From NCBI GenBank assembly GCA_043228905.1, contig JBHGNT010000012.1:13888001-13952000 (forward strand): a stretch of 64,000 bases of DNA. The letters run 5' to 3'. A program made the position numbers and the translations under genes. Positions within the stretch are counted from its first letter, which is position 1; the number at the start of each line of letters is the position of its first letter. Shown here one piece after another: positions 26,718 through 38,702 of this stretch. Below the pieces are notes generated by a model that saw nothing but the letters and a program-made list of their open reading frames with translations, searched no databases and was not told the origin of the DNA. Source of the stretch: Azolla caroliniana (Eukaryota; Plantae; Polypodiophyta).

Positions 26718-26980
26718 AGATCCACCGACAGAGATCAGTTGGAAGATGCAAGGAAACATCCGGTTGGAAGTCGTATGTCAGGTGAAGACCATGATGAACC
26801 AGCTGGATTCGGACAAAAAAACTAATCGAAGAAGAATCTGACACTGGAACTAGAGAAGATCCCAAATCAGATTCTGATGAAGAATAGACGGGGAGCAAGT
26901 GGTTGGAAACCAAGGAAGAAGATACCCTCTTAGAGAGAGAAAGGCCCCCCGGAGATTTCTGGATGTAGAGCATGTCTTAT
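26718..26980 (+). mobile_element. Copia integrase-RT linker fragment, same family as 6705-12207 (probably more of the older copy)
   Basis: GATACCCTCTTAGAGAGAGAAGGCCCCCCGGAGATTTC.GGATG.AGAGCATGT matches 9177-9232. Confidence 0.75.
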
Positions 26981-28015
26981 TGTTGAGTGGACAAGCTCAA
27001 CCAGATCCGTATCTGCTGAATAAGCTAGAGCTGGATTAGTGTCCTGAACTAAGAACCGGATCAGTGTCCAAATCATATCCGGAACCAGGAGCCACATCGG
27101 AGAGCCGGATCAGATTTTAACCGGTAGGCCATTAGAGGACTACGAATCTAGCCTAGTACGTAGGCATATTTTTAGGAGTCGGTGTCAGTTGCTCGTATGA
27201 GCATTGAAGTACTTGTCAGTACTTCTATTAGTCCTTTTAAGGACTTGTATAAAACTGCTCATAAAGCACATTATATGTACAGAGTGTTATTATTTTGAAT
27301 TGATTTTTATTGCTCTGCTCTCTTTATCTCTCCTGCTCTCTATCTATGTGATTCAAGCTTCCATTAAACCTTGTCTCTGTTTTCTATTGCTATCCGGATA
27401 AACCGGTTTGTCAAAGCTTTCGCATATTAACTTTTACATGGTATCAGAGCGCGAGGGTTGAGAACCTCTGCTGCCGACAAGCTATTTCCAAAGACAAACC
27501 CTAACTTCTGGAAAAGCACAGACTGAAAAGAAGGAAGACATGCACAGAAGCATGGCGAGCTCGCTTCCAACATAAAAGCTCGACCAGAGCAACTATGCAT
27601 CCTGATCATATAAAAGGCACCAATACCTGCTGGCACATGGATACTAGAGCTACGTGGAAGGAGGGAATGTAGCAACGCTGGATTCAGCACACAAAGACTT
27701 TCCGGTATGGGAACAAGGACAAGTAGAGTATTGTATTGTCTTGCGTCCTTTGTACAGGACCAGATGCTCGGCTACATCAGGGATGCAAAAAAGCCAAAAG
27801 AGACCTAGGAAAATCTCTACAAGATTTTCACCCCAAGTACCACAGCTCAGAAGTTGCAACTCCGACAAGAGCTCCACAGTATCCAGCAACGGGACATGTC
27901 GGTCATCAACTACACCACCAAGATCAACGAGATCTGTGATGCGCTCAATTCCATCAACGTGAAGGTGGACGACGACGAGATGGTTCAAATCTGCCTCGGT
28001 GGTCTAGTACTACGG

Positions 28016-28912
28016 TGTCGTGAAGGATTCCGGCCATAGGGGGAAACGAAGCGAGACGCATGGGAATGGGTGTATACACGGATGTACAAAGTTTAGCCTT
28101 TATGTCTGAAACATGTAATAACATTGGACTAGTAACTACTAGGTAGTAGGGTTAATGGGCACTTTAAAGACCCGCATGGATAGAGAGGAATGTGGGAATT
28201 TGACGTTACGGAATCGAGGAAAATCTCTTTCGGAAGTGGCTGACGTAACTACCTGATGTAACAACTTTCTCTCTCTCCTTGAGCTATAAAAGGAGAGAGA
28301 GAAGACTGAGAAAGGGATTCAAGAATTAGGAGGAGGAAGTGTTGTCGGATTGAGCGCCGAGTTCTCTACATCTCTCTCTCTCTCTTCCCGTCTTGTGCTC
28401 TGCACCGTTTCGAACAAGGAGATGAAGTCTCTACTCACACTGGCAGCCCGTGTGCTCCCAAACGGAGATTCTTTGTCTTGTCTCCATGTGTGTGTGTGTG
28501 TGTGTGTGTCTCTCTCTCTCCTGAGAGTGCTAAGTGTTGTTGCTGGCCGCGCCCGGTTGTGCTCCCCTTTGTTGGGGTTTCTACGTGGCTCCTACTTCTC
28601 GTGTGTTGGTCGTGCTCTGAGCTCGTGTCTTATTCCCATCCTGAATCTGTTGTGTGCATGTACGAGTCCGCGAGCCTGTGCGCTTGTCGCTGCTCCCCGG
28701 CATCCGGACTAGGGAAATATACTCCCTCAGGCCAGCGAGCTGCTCCGCTCCGCTCCGGGTACCGTTCCGTATCCGATACGCAACCAATGACCAGACTAGC
28801 GTAGCCATCCAGACTGTGACACGGTCCTCCCTTCCCCCATATTCCGAATCCTTTGTCTGAGATCCCAATGGTCCCATCCTATTTCTATGCATCCACACGG
28901 AAAACCACGACA
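28016..28912 (+). mobile_element. Solo LTR (TGTCGTG...CACGACA) with a perfect 4-bp TSD ACGG, in the copia gag
   Basis: ACGG at 28012-28015 and 28913-28916, TATAAAA near 28285, and a U5 motif GTCTGAGATCCCAATGGTCCC near the right end. Confidence 0.92.
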
Positions 28913-30081
28913 ACGGTACGGGCCAATCCATACGGCAATTTGCATCCAGGAGAAGCCATCGTCCTTCTTCAACTTGCAATCAATGATGATGGTCAAAGAA
29001 AACCACGCTAATGGGTCAAGGACCACTCAATCGGACAACCGGATGTTGTACACGGAGGCGGATCAGCCCCGTGGGCGTGGAGGACATGGTGGGTCGGCAC
29101 GCAAGAGCGGCGGCCGGCAAGAGCAGAATCAAAGGCAAAGAGACAGTGGTTCCGAACCGTCCACAAGCAGGGAGAGTCAAAGAGGCACCGGAAACCGGCA
29201 ATCAAAGACCTAAATAGAATGTTGGTATTGTGGCTAGGAGGGCCACTGAGAGAGAGAGTGTTGGAAGAAGTGTGTTGATTCAGATAAATCTGGATTCGGC
29301 AAGGCCGGACATGGGAATCGGCAAAGCTCACACTACGTCGAAGGATCAAAAGGATCCAGAACCGGAAAAAGGGGCAACCTTTGTGATGAAACACAAGGCG
29401 AACTCAATGAAGAAGACCACTTCCAGATCGGAGGAAGTGTAGTATGTTGACTCCGGAGCATCAAACCACATGACGAGCCATGAAGAGTGGTTCTCATTTT
29501 TGGAAAAGCCAGAGCAACTAGGAGTTGTCGAAACCCGAGACAACACTCCTCACCTGATCATGCATGTCGAAGAAATTCCCTTGAGTCATGTCAGACAAAA
29601 AGGGAAGTTTATGAACATTGCCGCGTTATTACGCGTGTGCGTGGAGAAAGGCGGGACCACAGGGGTCTTGGACTAGGGAGTGACGGAGCGTAGGAAGTCG
29701 TACTTCACCGTTTCCGGGACATCCCAAAAGCACACCGGAAGCAACCAAAGGGAGAGAGAGAGAGAGAGAGAGAGAGAGCGCTTAACACCGACTCACGCAC
29801 ACACACACACATGCCGACCCGACTCACGCCCTTATGTACAGGAAACGCAGGAAAGGGCAAGCACCCGACACCAACAGAGACGCGAATATACACAGACAGA
29901 CGCAAAAGTATATATATAAAAGGAAGAATACATTCCCGGCATCAAGCCGGACCAAGGTAGGTTACAGCAGTCGCCTGCTGTCAAGCCGCCGTCGAGGAGC
30001 TCTCGGCTCGTCGCGCCGAGCGGGGTCTTGCACAGGAGGCCGAGCCAAAGCAAACCCTAAGCAAAACACGAAGGGGGAAGA

Positions 30082-33000
30082 AAGATGTATTAACGTCTTC
30101 TAAGGCCAAATTTGGCCCATGAGACAATTGGTTTACAACAATAGAGTATTTATCCAGTCATCATAACTAAAATAAAATTAAGTAAAAAAATAGAACTTAA
30201 ACTAAAAGAGTTCTAGTAGTGTACAATATGTAGTATACTCGAAAGTGACTATACACTAAGCCTAATTTTATTTCCACCCAAGCCTCTCGAAAAGAAGTGG
30301 GGGGTCAAAGGGTCTTGATGTGGGTTCCAATGTAGAGAGTGCCCTCGCCATGGCTTCTAGGCGGCGTAGCTCACGTTCCCTTATTTTCAATATTGCTTCC
30401 ACATCACGTCGAGTTGCTTTGAAACCCGGCACCCGAGGACGTCTGGTTCTTCTCTGGTTTTCTGCCTCATCAATGGAAAGGCCGAGTGGTGCAAGTGTGT
30501 CGGCATTCGTTGTCTCCTCAGGTTCTTGAAAAACTACATTTGTTACATGTTCGTGATCATTAGCAACATTATTGTCAACATTTTGTAATTTATTCTCTCT
30601 GTGTTGTTTTAGCTCTAGAATGTATTTGCCTAATTTCTTTATATCTAGAGTATCTAATAGTTTGGGGAGGGTGGGAGACGGACCAAGTATGTCTTGGTAT
30701 TTTGCCCTTATCTCGGCATAGGTTGGACACTTGCATGTAAAGTGGTACTCATCCTCTATCTCTATGTGGCATAACCTACATATCCTTTCCTCCCTAGGGA
30801 CTCCACTAGTACGGCCATTTTCAATCTCAAGTTGGTGAGATGATATTCGAAGTTGTCCAATGGCACCCTTAGTGCATGTGGTAAGAATACATCTAGATAT
30901 TTTGGCCGCGTGATAAAACCTAACTCAGAGAAGTGCATGAAGTGTTTCTTATAGTACGACATTTTAGATGTGAGTGGCTCTAGTGAAGTGATCCATTTAC
31001 ACCGAGTGTAAATTTGCCATATTTCTTGGCGTATTACTTTATTGTGGTTCTCATGAGAGATTAAGGTGTTATCACTCGTGTGGTTGTACCTAAGGGGAGG
31101 TAGGTTATTAATGTCTAAACCATTCGCAAGAAGCCAACTCACCATCATGCCATACCATGAGCTAGTATAGCCGGACTCATACAATGATCGAGAGGCCTTA
31201 AAGGCTTGATGAGATATTCTATCATGTGGTTGGCTATGTATCCTATCAATGAAGACTACAAGTTGAAAAAGTGCCTCTACTAGCATTGGGGGTAACGTGA
31301 ACTCGGCCCTAATAATGTCATGTGGTATAGTCGATTTGCTTCGGAGTTGGCGTGATAACATCATCACCAATGGTCTCTCTAATTGCGTCCACATGAAGGA
31401 TGGTAATCCTGGAGCCCAAACCGCTGATGCATACATGAGGGAGGGGGTCACTAATGAGTCAAAGAGCCACCCTTTAGTCCGTGGCTCTTGAAAGTGTGCT
31501 TGGTGGCATTGTCTCTCTAGGAGTGAGAGGGATGCATGTCCTCTCGTGAGTCTATCCTTCGCTGCCTGTGTCATCGAAAATTTACCTGAGCGGGCACTAA
31601 AAGTGACTCCGAGATAGACATACGATCCAACCACCTCGATTGGGCTATGGGAGATAGTTAGGTGACACTTAGCTCTAACTTGGGCCGATGTGTGGAAGAT
31701 AAGGACTTTCGTTTTCCCTAGATTCACTACCAAACCTCGTTGTACACAAAAGTCATCTAAGGCATTAAGGTGCCTCTGTAGGTCGTGTTCGGATTCAGAG
31801 AGCAAAACTATGTCATCTACATAGAGCAAGATACGAACCTGCATATCCCTAAGGACCACTCCGGTGCCTCCCTCACGAGCAATAAAATCTGTGATCTCAT
31901 CAATGTAGATCCCAAAAAGCGTCGGTGATAGGGGGCAACCTTGTTTTACACCAATAATGCTAGTGAAACGATTGGATAGGCCACCTGGGCATCGGACACA
32001 CCCGGACACTTGTTCATATAGTGCGTAGATGGCCCATACCATATCATCTGGTATCCTCAAGCTTTTAAGTCTATCAAACAACCGCTCTCTAGGGACTGTG
32101 TCAAAGGCTTTGCAGAAGTCCACAAAACAGCAATATAATTTCTTCTTGCGAGCCTTAGTTTGGTCAATTAGGCATCTAAGTGTGAAGATATGATCAATAG
32201 TGGAGAAGGCTCGTCTAAAGCCAGCTTGTTCAGGTGCACGAAGGTTTAGGGTCTCCATGTAGTCGCTAAGCTCTGCTTCCATTACTGCACCATATAACTT
32301 AGCAAGGGTATGGCCTATCATAATGGTCCTATATGTATTTGGGTCCATGGGGTCCCCCCCTTTATGTATGGGGGCCACTATATTCATAGTCCACTGTGGT
32401 GGAAAACCCTCCGCAATGGCACGATTAAAGATTAGAGTTAGCAAGGGAGCTAGGCACTCTCTCGCATATATAATGTGTTCTGCTCGCAATCCTGTGTGGT
32501 CCATGGACTTCCTATGTTGTAATTTCTTTATGACCTTCATGACCCTAGAGGTCGTGAAAAGTGTCCCCGTGGTAGGCCGGGGTGTGGAAGGCATTGGAAA
32601 GGGTGGTTGGTTTGGGATTTGGTAAAGTCTCTCTGTATATGTGTGCCAAGTTTCGGGATCTTCGATGGGTGTTTGTGGTCTTGGCTCCCGTAGTCTCTTC
32701 CATGCCGTGGCGCAATCGCTACTCATGAGCATATGGTAGAGTTCCCAGTATTGGGATGCCTCCCACGCTCGTCTCTTACGACGTGTCATCTTACGCATTT
32801 CTTTGCGAGCTTGTATGGAGGTAATACTACCATTGAGTTGCGATACTGTAAGTTGTCTATGTAGGTCCCTACAATCCTCGTCATACCATTTATTTTGTGG
32901 CATTGATCCTGATCTACCTTGATTTGAGTGTTTTGTATATGGGAAACTGCTAGCTGCTGCGGAGTGAAGGATGTGTGTGAGTTTTGTACTAAGGCTTTCT

Positions 33001-34780
33001 AACGGTAGGGAGGGATCAATGGAGGGGAGATGGGCCTGAACATGTTGAGAGTATATGTCAGAGAGCTCATGTGTGAAATGTATTGTGGTGTGATGGCATG
33101 GTTGACTAGACTTGGTGACCTTAGAGATATCACATTTTAGCTCGAAGTATAAGAAACTATGGTTTGCACCAATAGGGCATGGGGCCACTCGGAAGGAGTT
33201 AATCATGTGGGTAGCTTCAGGGCGCCCTATTAGATAGTCAACTGTGCTTTCCCCTCCTCCATGTGGGAAACATGTGAGCTCTTCCGAGCCCGGCCACTTA
33301 GCTAAACCATTATATATGACCATCTGGTGCCGACTGCCAAGTTCGAGCAGATGATGGCCAAAGCTCGTGGCGTCCGCACCTTGATCCTTTGATCTACGTG
33401 TGGTGCCTATGTCTAAAGGATCAACATTTACCATTTCTAGGTTTCTATTCATCTGAGATACTGTGCATTGTCGGGATTGGGTTCTCGCATTGAAGTCTCC
33501 TACAAGAAATACTTCTCCTTGGGAAGAATATCAGATTATGTCATCCGATAGGGGTTCGTATGGAGAAGGCCCATGTGGCATTCCTTCATCAACTAATCTC
33601 GTCAAGCCACTAATATTATAACGGGATCCTTTTGGGGGAAAGTAACAAATGGCGAAAAATACTGCATGGCCTTTGCTTGTGGAGACTTTCACCCACATAA
33701 AACGAGCTTCTGGGTCTATCTTCATTATTTCTATCCTATTATGTAGCTCTCTACGAAATAGTATCGCGACACCCCCAGATCCCCTAGTAGTGTGTCGACG
33801 TGAGGTTTGTCTAAAAGCGGACTCCCAACGGGTGGTATTAACAATATTTTCATCTTTTATTTCTTTTTTAATGTTTCTTTTAACCACATCTACCCAACCC
33901 GTTTTAGCTAACTCTATGTTATTATTAACTTCCTCTTTAACTTTTTTAATTTCGTCCTTTATATCCTCTATAGAGGATATTTCACCGTCTTCTCGAGATA
34001 CCTCGATGTCCTTAAGTTGTTTTTTAAGGTCGATGTTTTCTACTTTAAGTTGTTCTATTTCGGCCTTGAGGGCGTCTTTTTCCTCTCTATCTTTTTTCTT
34101 GTGGATTTCGGTGTCTTTCACCCATTTTTTCATATCCATCTCTATTTTTGTTAAACGATTAAACATATCTAAAAAGTCCTCCTTACTTATAGCCTCGTCT
34201 TGTATATCCTTATGTTCCTTAGTCCGTCTAGACATCATTGTGGTGTCAATAAGAAAAAAAAAGGTAAAATAAATGGGTTCAAGACTTAGCCAAGTTTGTG
34301 TGTGTGTCGCAATCACATCGGCATTTTGTAGCACGCGACGAGCACACCAAAAGAACCCACCCACGAACTCATCAAGAAAAAGGCACTTCACCACATCAAG
34401 AGAGAACGGAGAAGAAAACACCCCGTGACGGCGACGGTGACGGTGGCAGTCATCAAACGACGATAGACGACGGCAGCAGACAGCCGACGGCGGCAACAGA
34501 CGGTAGACGGTGGCAACAGACGGCAGACGGCGGCAGTAGACGGCAGACTACTACAAACTGTAGGCGACGGCCGCAGACGGTGGCAGACGGCGACGGCCGC
34601 AGATAACGGCAGACAACGGCGACGGCGACGACGACGACACTAGCCGGCGACAGCAACGGCAGAGAGAGACGAGGAAGCGAGAGAGAGAGAGAGAGAGAGA
34701 GCAGACGGCGACGGTTGCAGCGGCTGCAGACAACGGCGACGGTGACGGCGACGGTGACGACTGCGACAGCAACGCAACAG
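30082..34780 (-). mobile_element. Non-LTR retrotransposon (RTE/RTEX-like LINE), near full length with an internal deletion
   Basis: GC-rich low-complexity 5' UTR, then a coiled-coil ORF1 start at about 34238. Endonuclease motifs GGVAILF, VGDFNAR and STVDY. RT motifs EQAGFR, CFVDFCKAFD, GVKQGCPLSPTLF and YVDD. C-terminal HQLEIENGR..RICRLC..EDEYHF..C, then an AT-rich 3' UTR. Confidence 0.92.
30762..33452 (-). CDS. LINE ORF2 (endonuclease C-terminal part plus reverse transcriptase); 896-aa open stretch, frameshifted near the C-terminus
   Basis: Carries the RT motifs listed for the LINE. There is an upstream stop at 33531-33533, and the Cys/His tail lies in another frame below about 30860. Confidence 0.85.
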   Translation of the reverse strand: MNRNLEMVNVDPLDIGTTRRSKDQGADATSFGHHLLELGSRHQMVIYNGLAKWPGSEELTCFPHGGGESTVDYLIGRPEATHMINSFRVAPCPIGANHSFLYFELKCDISKVTKSSQPCHHTTIHFTHELSDIYSQHVQAHLPSIDPSLPLESLSTKLTHILHSAAASSFPYTKHSNQGRSGSMPQNKWYDEDCRDLHRQLTVSQLNGSITSIQARKEMRKMTRRKRRAWEASQYWELYHMLMSSDCATAWKRLREPRPQTPIEDPETWHTYTERLYQIPNQPPFPMPSTPRPTTGTLFTTSRVMKVIKKLQHRKSMDHTGLRAEHIIYARECLAPLLTLIFNRAIAEGFPPQWTMNIVAPIHKGGDPMDPNTYRTIMIGHTLAKLYGAVMEAELSDYMETLNLRAPEQAGFRRAFSTIDHIFTLRCLIDQTKARKKKLYCCFVDFCKAFDTVPRERLFDRLKSLRIPDDMVWAIYALYEQVSGCVRCPGGLSNRFTSIIGVKQGCPLSPTLFGIYIDEITDFIAREGGTGVVLRDMQVRILLYVDDIVLLSESEHDLQRHLNALDDFCVQRGLVVNLGKTKVLIFHTSAQVRAKCHLTISHSPIEVVGSYVYLGVTFSARSGKFSMTQAAKDRLTRGHASLSLLERQCHQAHFQEPRTKGWLFDSLVTPSLMYASAVWAPGLPSFMWTQLERPLVMMLSRQLRSKSTIPHDIIRAEFTLPPMLVEALFQLVVFIDRIHSQPHDRISHQAFKASRSLYESGYTSSWYGMMVSWLLANGLDINNLPPLRYNHTSDNTLISHENHNKVIRQEIWQIYTRCKWITSLEPLTSKMSYYKKHFMHFSELGFITRPKYLDVFLPHALRVPLDNFEYHLTNLRLKMAVLVESLGRKGYVGYAT

Positions 34781-37298
34781 AAGAAGAAGAAGAAGAAGAA
34801 GAAGAAGAACCCTAAATCTAACGGTATACCCTCTAACGCAAAATGGGCAACCCCTTCACAAAGGGCGCTCCCTTCCTTTTATAGAACAAGGAGAGGGATG
34901 CGTTACAATGTGGGATAAATCCCAACTTACATGGGATTGTCTGTCCCGACTTGACTACTCTTCGGCACCATAAAGGCGCCCTCGTTATTCACACTAAATG
35001 TACATGGGTGCATACTCACACTGCACCCCGCTGATGTAGCCAATGTTTCCCGGTTTCCGCCTCTGGCCGAAATTCTTCACGACATCCGCCCCCACCTAAC
35101 CGCACATCCACCGGTACGTGCCAAATCCGGTGAAAGGTGAGAGATTTCGGCCGGTGAGAAACCGGTCTTCCGCGATCCGCATCCCGACTCGCTGCCGGTT
35201 TGATCCGTCGGCTTCGATTCTTCCTTCGCGCTTACCTCCCCGTAGGTTCGTTCAACCCGTCGATGGGTCCTCTGCCGCGATCTCCGTAGTACGCGTACTT
35301 CCGCTGGCCCTTGTTCGGCCGTATGAATGCCCCGCTCCCCGCCGTATGCTCGATGTCCTCCGTTGAGCATTTGTGTTGTCCTGATTGTCGTCCCATGTTG
35401 TTTCGCATTGCCTTCGTCCTCTCGCCGCCACCTTCCTTCTCCATGGTCTTACATCGTCGCGTCGGCTCGAACCGCCATGGTCTCCTGAACGGTGTGGAGG
35501 ATCCTCCTCGGCCTTCTACGCACTACCTCCGAACCGCGCAACTCATCCCCGTGCTCGCCTTTCTGCTCCGGCACCTCCGTGTGCCACATTCACTCATCCG
35601 TTGTTTGGCACTAGCTGTGCCGTACTCTGGTTCATTGCACGCCTTGTCGGCCTGTTTCCCGGCCAGATCGCGCATCGCCACTCACCCGCATATTGGTGTC
35701 CTCCGCACCCGAGGAACACCCCGCTTGGCCCCTCCCGTCTTCGTGCTGCTGCAGCAGGTCCTGAGTCTTCCGCTTGCCGTCGTCCCCTCGCCCCCACCAG
35801 CTTGTCACCCCGGGCTTGCCGTGTTAGTCTTCGCTACTTCGACGGAGCTACCGAGATCTATGAAGCGAGTGTGGAGGATCCTCCTCCGGCCTCTCTTGCC
35901 ATCCAATGACTCCGACCCTGTGCTGTCCACTAGGCACCCGTCACCTCGTTCCCAGCACCTCCCTTGTGCCGTCTTTCGCTTCCTTCGTTCGGCACCGTCT
36001 GTGCCGAACACTGTCCCGTAGTCACGCTTTGATCCGGCCCACGATGGCCACTTGCGAGACTCTTATTCCGTCCTAGGTGTGCCTTTCCGGCCCGTCACAC
36101 CTCCTTGTGTTTGCCCCTACCGGCTCCTTCCGAAACAGTAACCGGCCGGTGAGGGTTTTGCACTTCGTCTGCCCCGTCTTACCGACTCTCGATCCGCTAC
36201 CTCTTGTCATTGGGTCCCATTCCCTGCCGCCACCGTCCTTCTCCCTAGGTCTCACGTTGCCACGTTGGCCGAACTGCCGGAGTCTCTGGATCGGTGTGAG
36301 GGTCCCATAAGACCTGTCTTTGTTTTGTCGCTTGCCGAGATCTGGGTGTCTTTCGTCGGAGTCCTTCACGACTCTCCTCGTGTCTTCCGCATAGTCGGGT
36401 CCCGTTTCCCGCCGCCACCAACCTTCTCTCTCGGTCTCATGTTGCCACGTTGGCCGAACTGCCGGAGTCTCTGGTTAAGTGTGGGGATCCCGTAGGACCG
36501 GACTTCCTTTCGCCTACTGACCTTGTCGGAAGGTCCGATTCAGTTCGTAGCCGCTTCGCTGGCCTGATACCTCCTTGTCGTTCGTCGCCTCCTGTCGTCC
36601 GATCACGTTCTCCTGCCGCCACCGATCTTCCCTATAGGACTCACGCCGGCTCTCGGGCCGACTGCCGAATCGGTGTGAGGATCTCCGTAGACCGCCCATC
36701 CGTAGCCCTTTTGCCTTCATCACCTCGCTGCCACCGTCAGTATCTTGGTCTTACGTCGACCGCGTTGCCGACTGCCGAAGTCTCTAGAACCGGTGTGAAG
36801 GATCCTCCTAGGGCGCTCGTTTTGTCTTCCTGACCCTGTCCCGGGTCGTCCCTTTCCGCATGTCGAGAGGGCGGGGTTTACTCCGCACCCTCTCCCGTGG
36901 TACCGACGTATCGTCTCCTCGGCCTCTTTGTAGGCCGGCTCTCTTCCTCCCTTCCGGAATAGTCATCCGGGAGTCCGCTCCGCCCGGTTCTCGTCCCGGT
37001 CACCGCCCCTTTTAGTCGTGTCGGTGGATAGCATCCGCTCTGTGATCAATCAAGCCCCGCCTGAGCTTGATTCTCTAATGTCCGGAGTTTCGGCTCCTAT
37101 GCCGACCTTGCCAGACTCGTTCTGAACCTTTAATCACCTTCCTTCGAATTCTCGACCTTCGCCCGGTCGGTCTTTCTCCCCATGTAAAAGAGGGCGGCTC
37201 GTCCCGCACCCTCTCCCGTATCAGCACCTTTATGCCGATTCTGGCCCCGATCGAACCATCCACGATCGGATTACGCTCCATCCGAATCGGAATGTCGA

Positions 37299-38669
37299 TC
37301 ATCTCGTACCGCTTCCTTCCTCGGCCTCCTCGCAAGTCGTTCCCCATCCATCTTCGCTGGCATCGTGCCAAGACTCCTCTGTGCCGCCATCCATCTCCTC
37401 GGTCTTACATGGGCATACGGGCCCGAATGCCGAGTTCTCCGGAATCGGGTCTGAGGGCTTTCGTCCGTTCCTTCCCCGTATCGTCTCGCTGGTGATTCTT
37501 GGTCCTTCGTCGCCACCTTCCTCCGGTTGGGACTCACATGGGCACTCAGGTCCGACTGCCATCGTCTCGGGAGCAAGTGTGGGAAGACACAAAGAATCGC
37601 CCGTCTGTTTTACGCCCTTGTCCGTAGCCACCGACTCTTCGTGGTCGGTGGTCGTCTTTTTACCGATCGCGCAAGCCCCGCCTGGGCTTGCTTCTCTGAT
37701 GTCCGGGGTTTCGGGCTGACACGCCCGAAACCACCGGTCCCAACTATCCGGTTCCGCGATCAGTATCTCGGCCTCGTCCTTGGTCGTTCTATCTCCGCAA
37801 GTCGAGAGGGCGTTTTGTTCCACACCCTCTCCCGTGGTACCATCGTACCGATCTTCCGCCGTCGCGTGGGGCAAGTCCGTCTCCTCAGTCTCGGCTTGCG
37901 GCCTTGATCTTTCCTCTTCCTCGAGCATCGCCTCGAGAGCTGCGTACGCCTCCGCAATCCTGGCCCCAACACCGACCCTTGCCAGCTCTCTTTGCCGTTC
38001 AGCCTCTTCCTGCTGTGATGGCACGCCGTCACGCCCCTTCCTCTTAGCCTTCTCAGCTCGCTCATCATCTAGCCGTTGGCACACCCTTCCGACCTTCGAC
38101 CAGTCCTCCGTAAGCCCATTCGCTCCGTCGTCGTCTTCGAGCTCAATCCCGATGTCCTCCCGTTCCACTCGGTCAATCGACCTGACGAACAATAGGACCT
38201 TGTCCGTCCCCACCAAACCTTGTTCCCGCTCCGGGAGCCGAGCAAGCCGTCGCTCGAACTCTCGGAATGCCTTCGTCGCGCCCCGGTGGGTCTTTGCCGA
38301 TGCTACCCACTGGTCGAAGTCGTGTCGTCCCCGGCTCTTCCGCCGTCCTCCGTATGCCTTCAAGAGCGCCTCTTCAAAGGCCTCCCACGAACTATGAGCC
38401 TCACGGAGCCCCTTTACTTCCGCATGCATCCGGATAGCTACGACCCGACAGAAGAACTCCAGCCTCAACGCCTCGTCTACGCCGCGCTCCTCCATTTCCG
38501 CATTGTAGGCTTCCAAGTAAGATGGGACTTTGTCCCCGTTGAAACGGCCGACTCTTTCGACCACTCGCTCGACCGCTTGTTGCGCTGCTTCTCGCCTCAT
38601 CACCACTGGTGCCGACTCCAACACCACTTCGGCCACCATCACCGCGAGGTCGTCTTCTTCCGACTTCAT
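37299..38669 (-). CDS. Gag-like (Ty3 capsid-type) protein, 456 aa, with an acidic tail
   Basis: The ATG is just downstream of the PBS. RFNGDKVPSYLEAYNAEM..RLEFFCRVV..SWEAFEEALLKAYG..KVLLFVRSID..GLTEDWSKV is clearly homologous to 60995-62896. Confidence 0.8.
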   Translation of the reverse strand: MKSEEDDLAVMVAEVVLESAPVVMRREAAQQAVERVVERVGRFNGDKVPSYLEAYNAEMEERGVDEALRLEFFCRVVAIRMHAEVKGLREAHSSWEAFEEALLKAYGGRRKSRGRHDFDQWVASAKTHRGATKAFREFERRLARLPEREQGLVGTDKVLLFVRSIDRVEREDIGIELEDDDGANGLTEDWSKVGRVCQRLDDERAEKAKRKGRDGVPSQQEEAERQRELARVGVGARIAEAYAALEAMLEEEERSRPQAETEETDLPHATAEDRYDGTTGEGVEQNALSTCGDRTTKDEAEILIAEPDSWDRWFRACQPETPDIREASPGGACAIGKKTTTDHEESVATDKGVKQTGDSLCLPTLAPETMAVGPECPCESQPEEGGDEGPRITSETIRGRNGRKPSDPIPENSAFGPVCPCKTEEMDGGTEESWHDASEDGWGTTCEEAEEGSGTR

Positions 38670-38686
38670 CCTCCCTTGCCGCCTTG

Positions 38687-38702
38687 CACGTCGGGTTCAC
38701 CA
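38687..38702 (-). promoter_or_regulatory. Primer-binding site complementary to the tRNA-Trp 3' end
   Basis: TGGTGAACCCGACGTG lies just inside the 5' LTR and is complementary to the plant tRNA-Trp(CCA) end ...CACGTCGGGTTCACCA (tRNA sequence recalled, not looked up). Confidence 0.85.

Noticed and set aside
35085-37298. GC-rich ORFs as a hidden pol or second gene in the gag-only element
   Set aside because: No PR, RT, RNase H or IN motifs were seen in any frame. The region consists of local duplications and low-complexity sequence.
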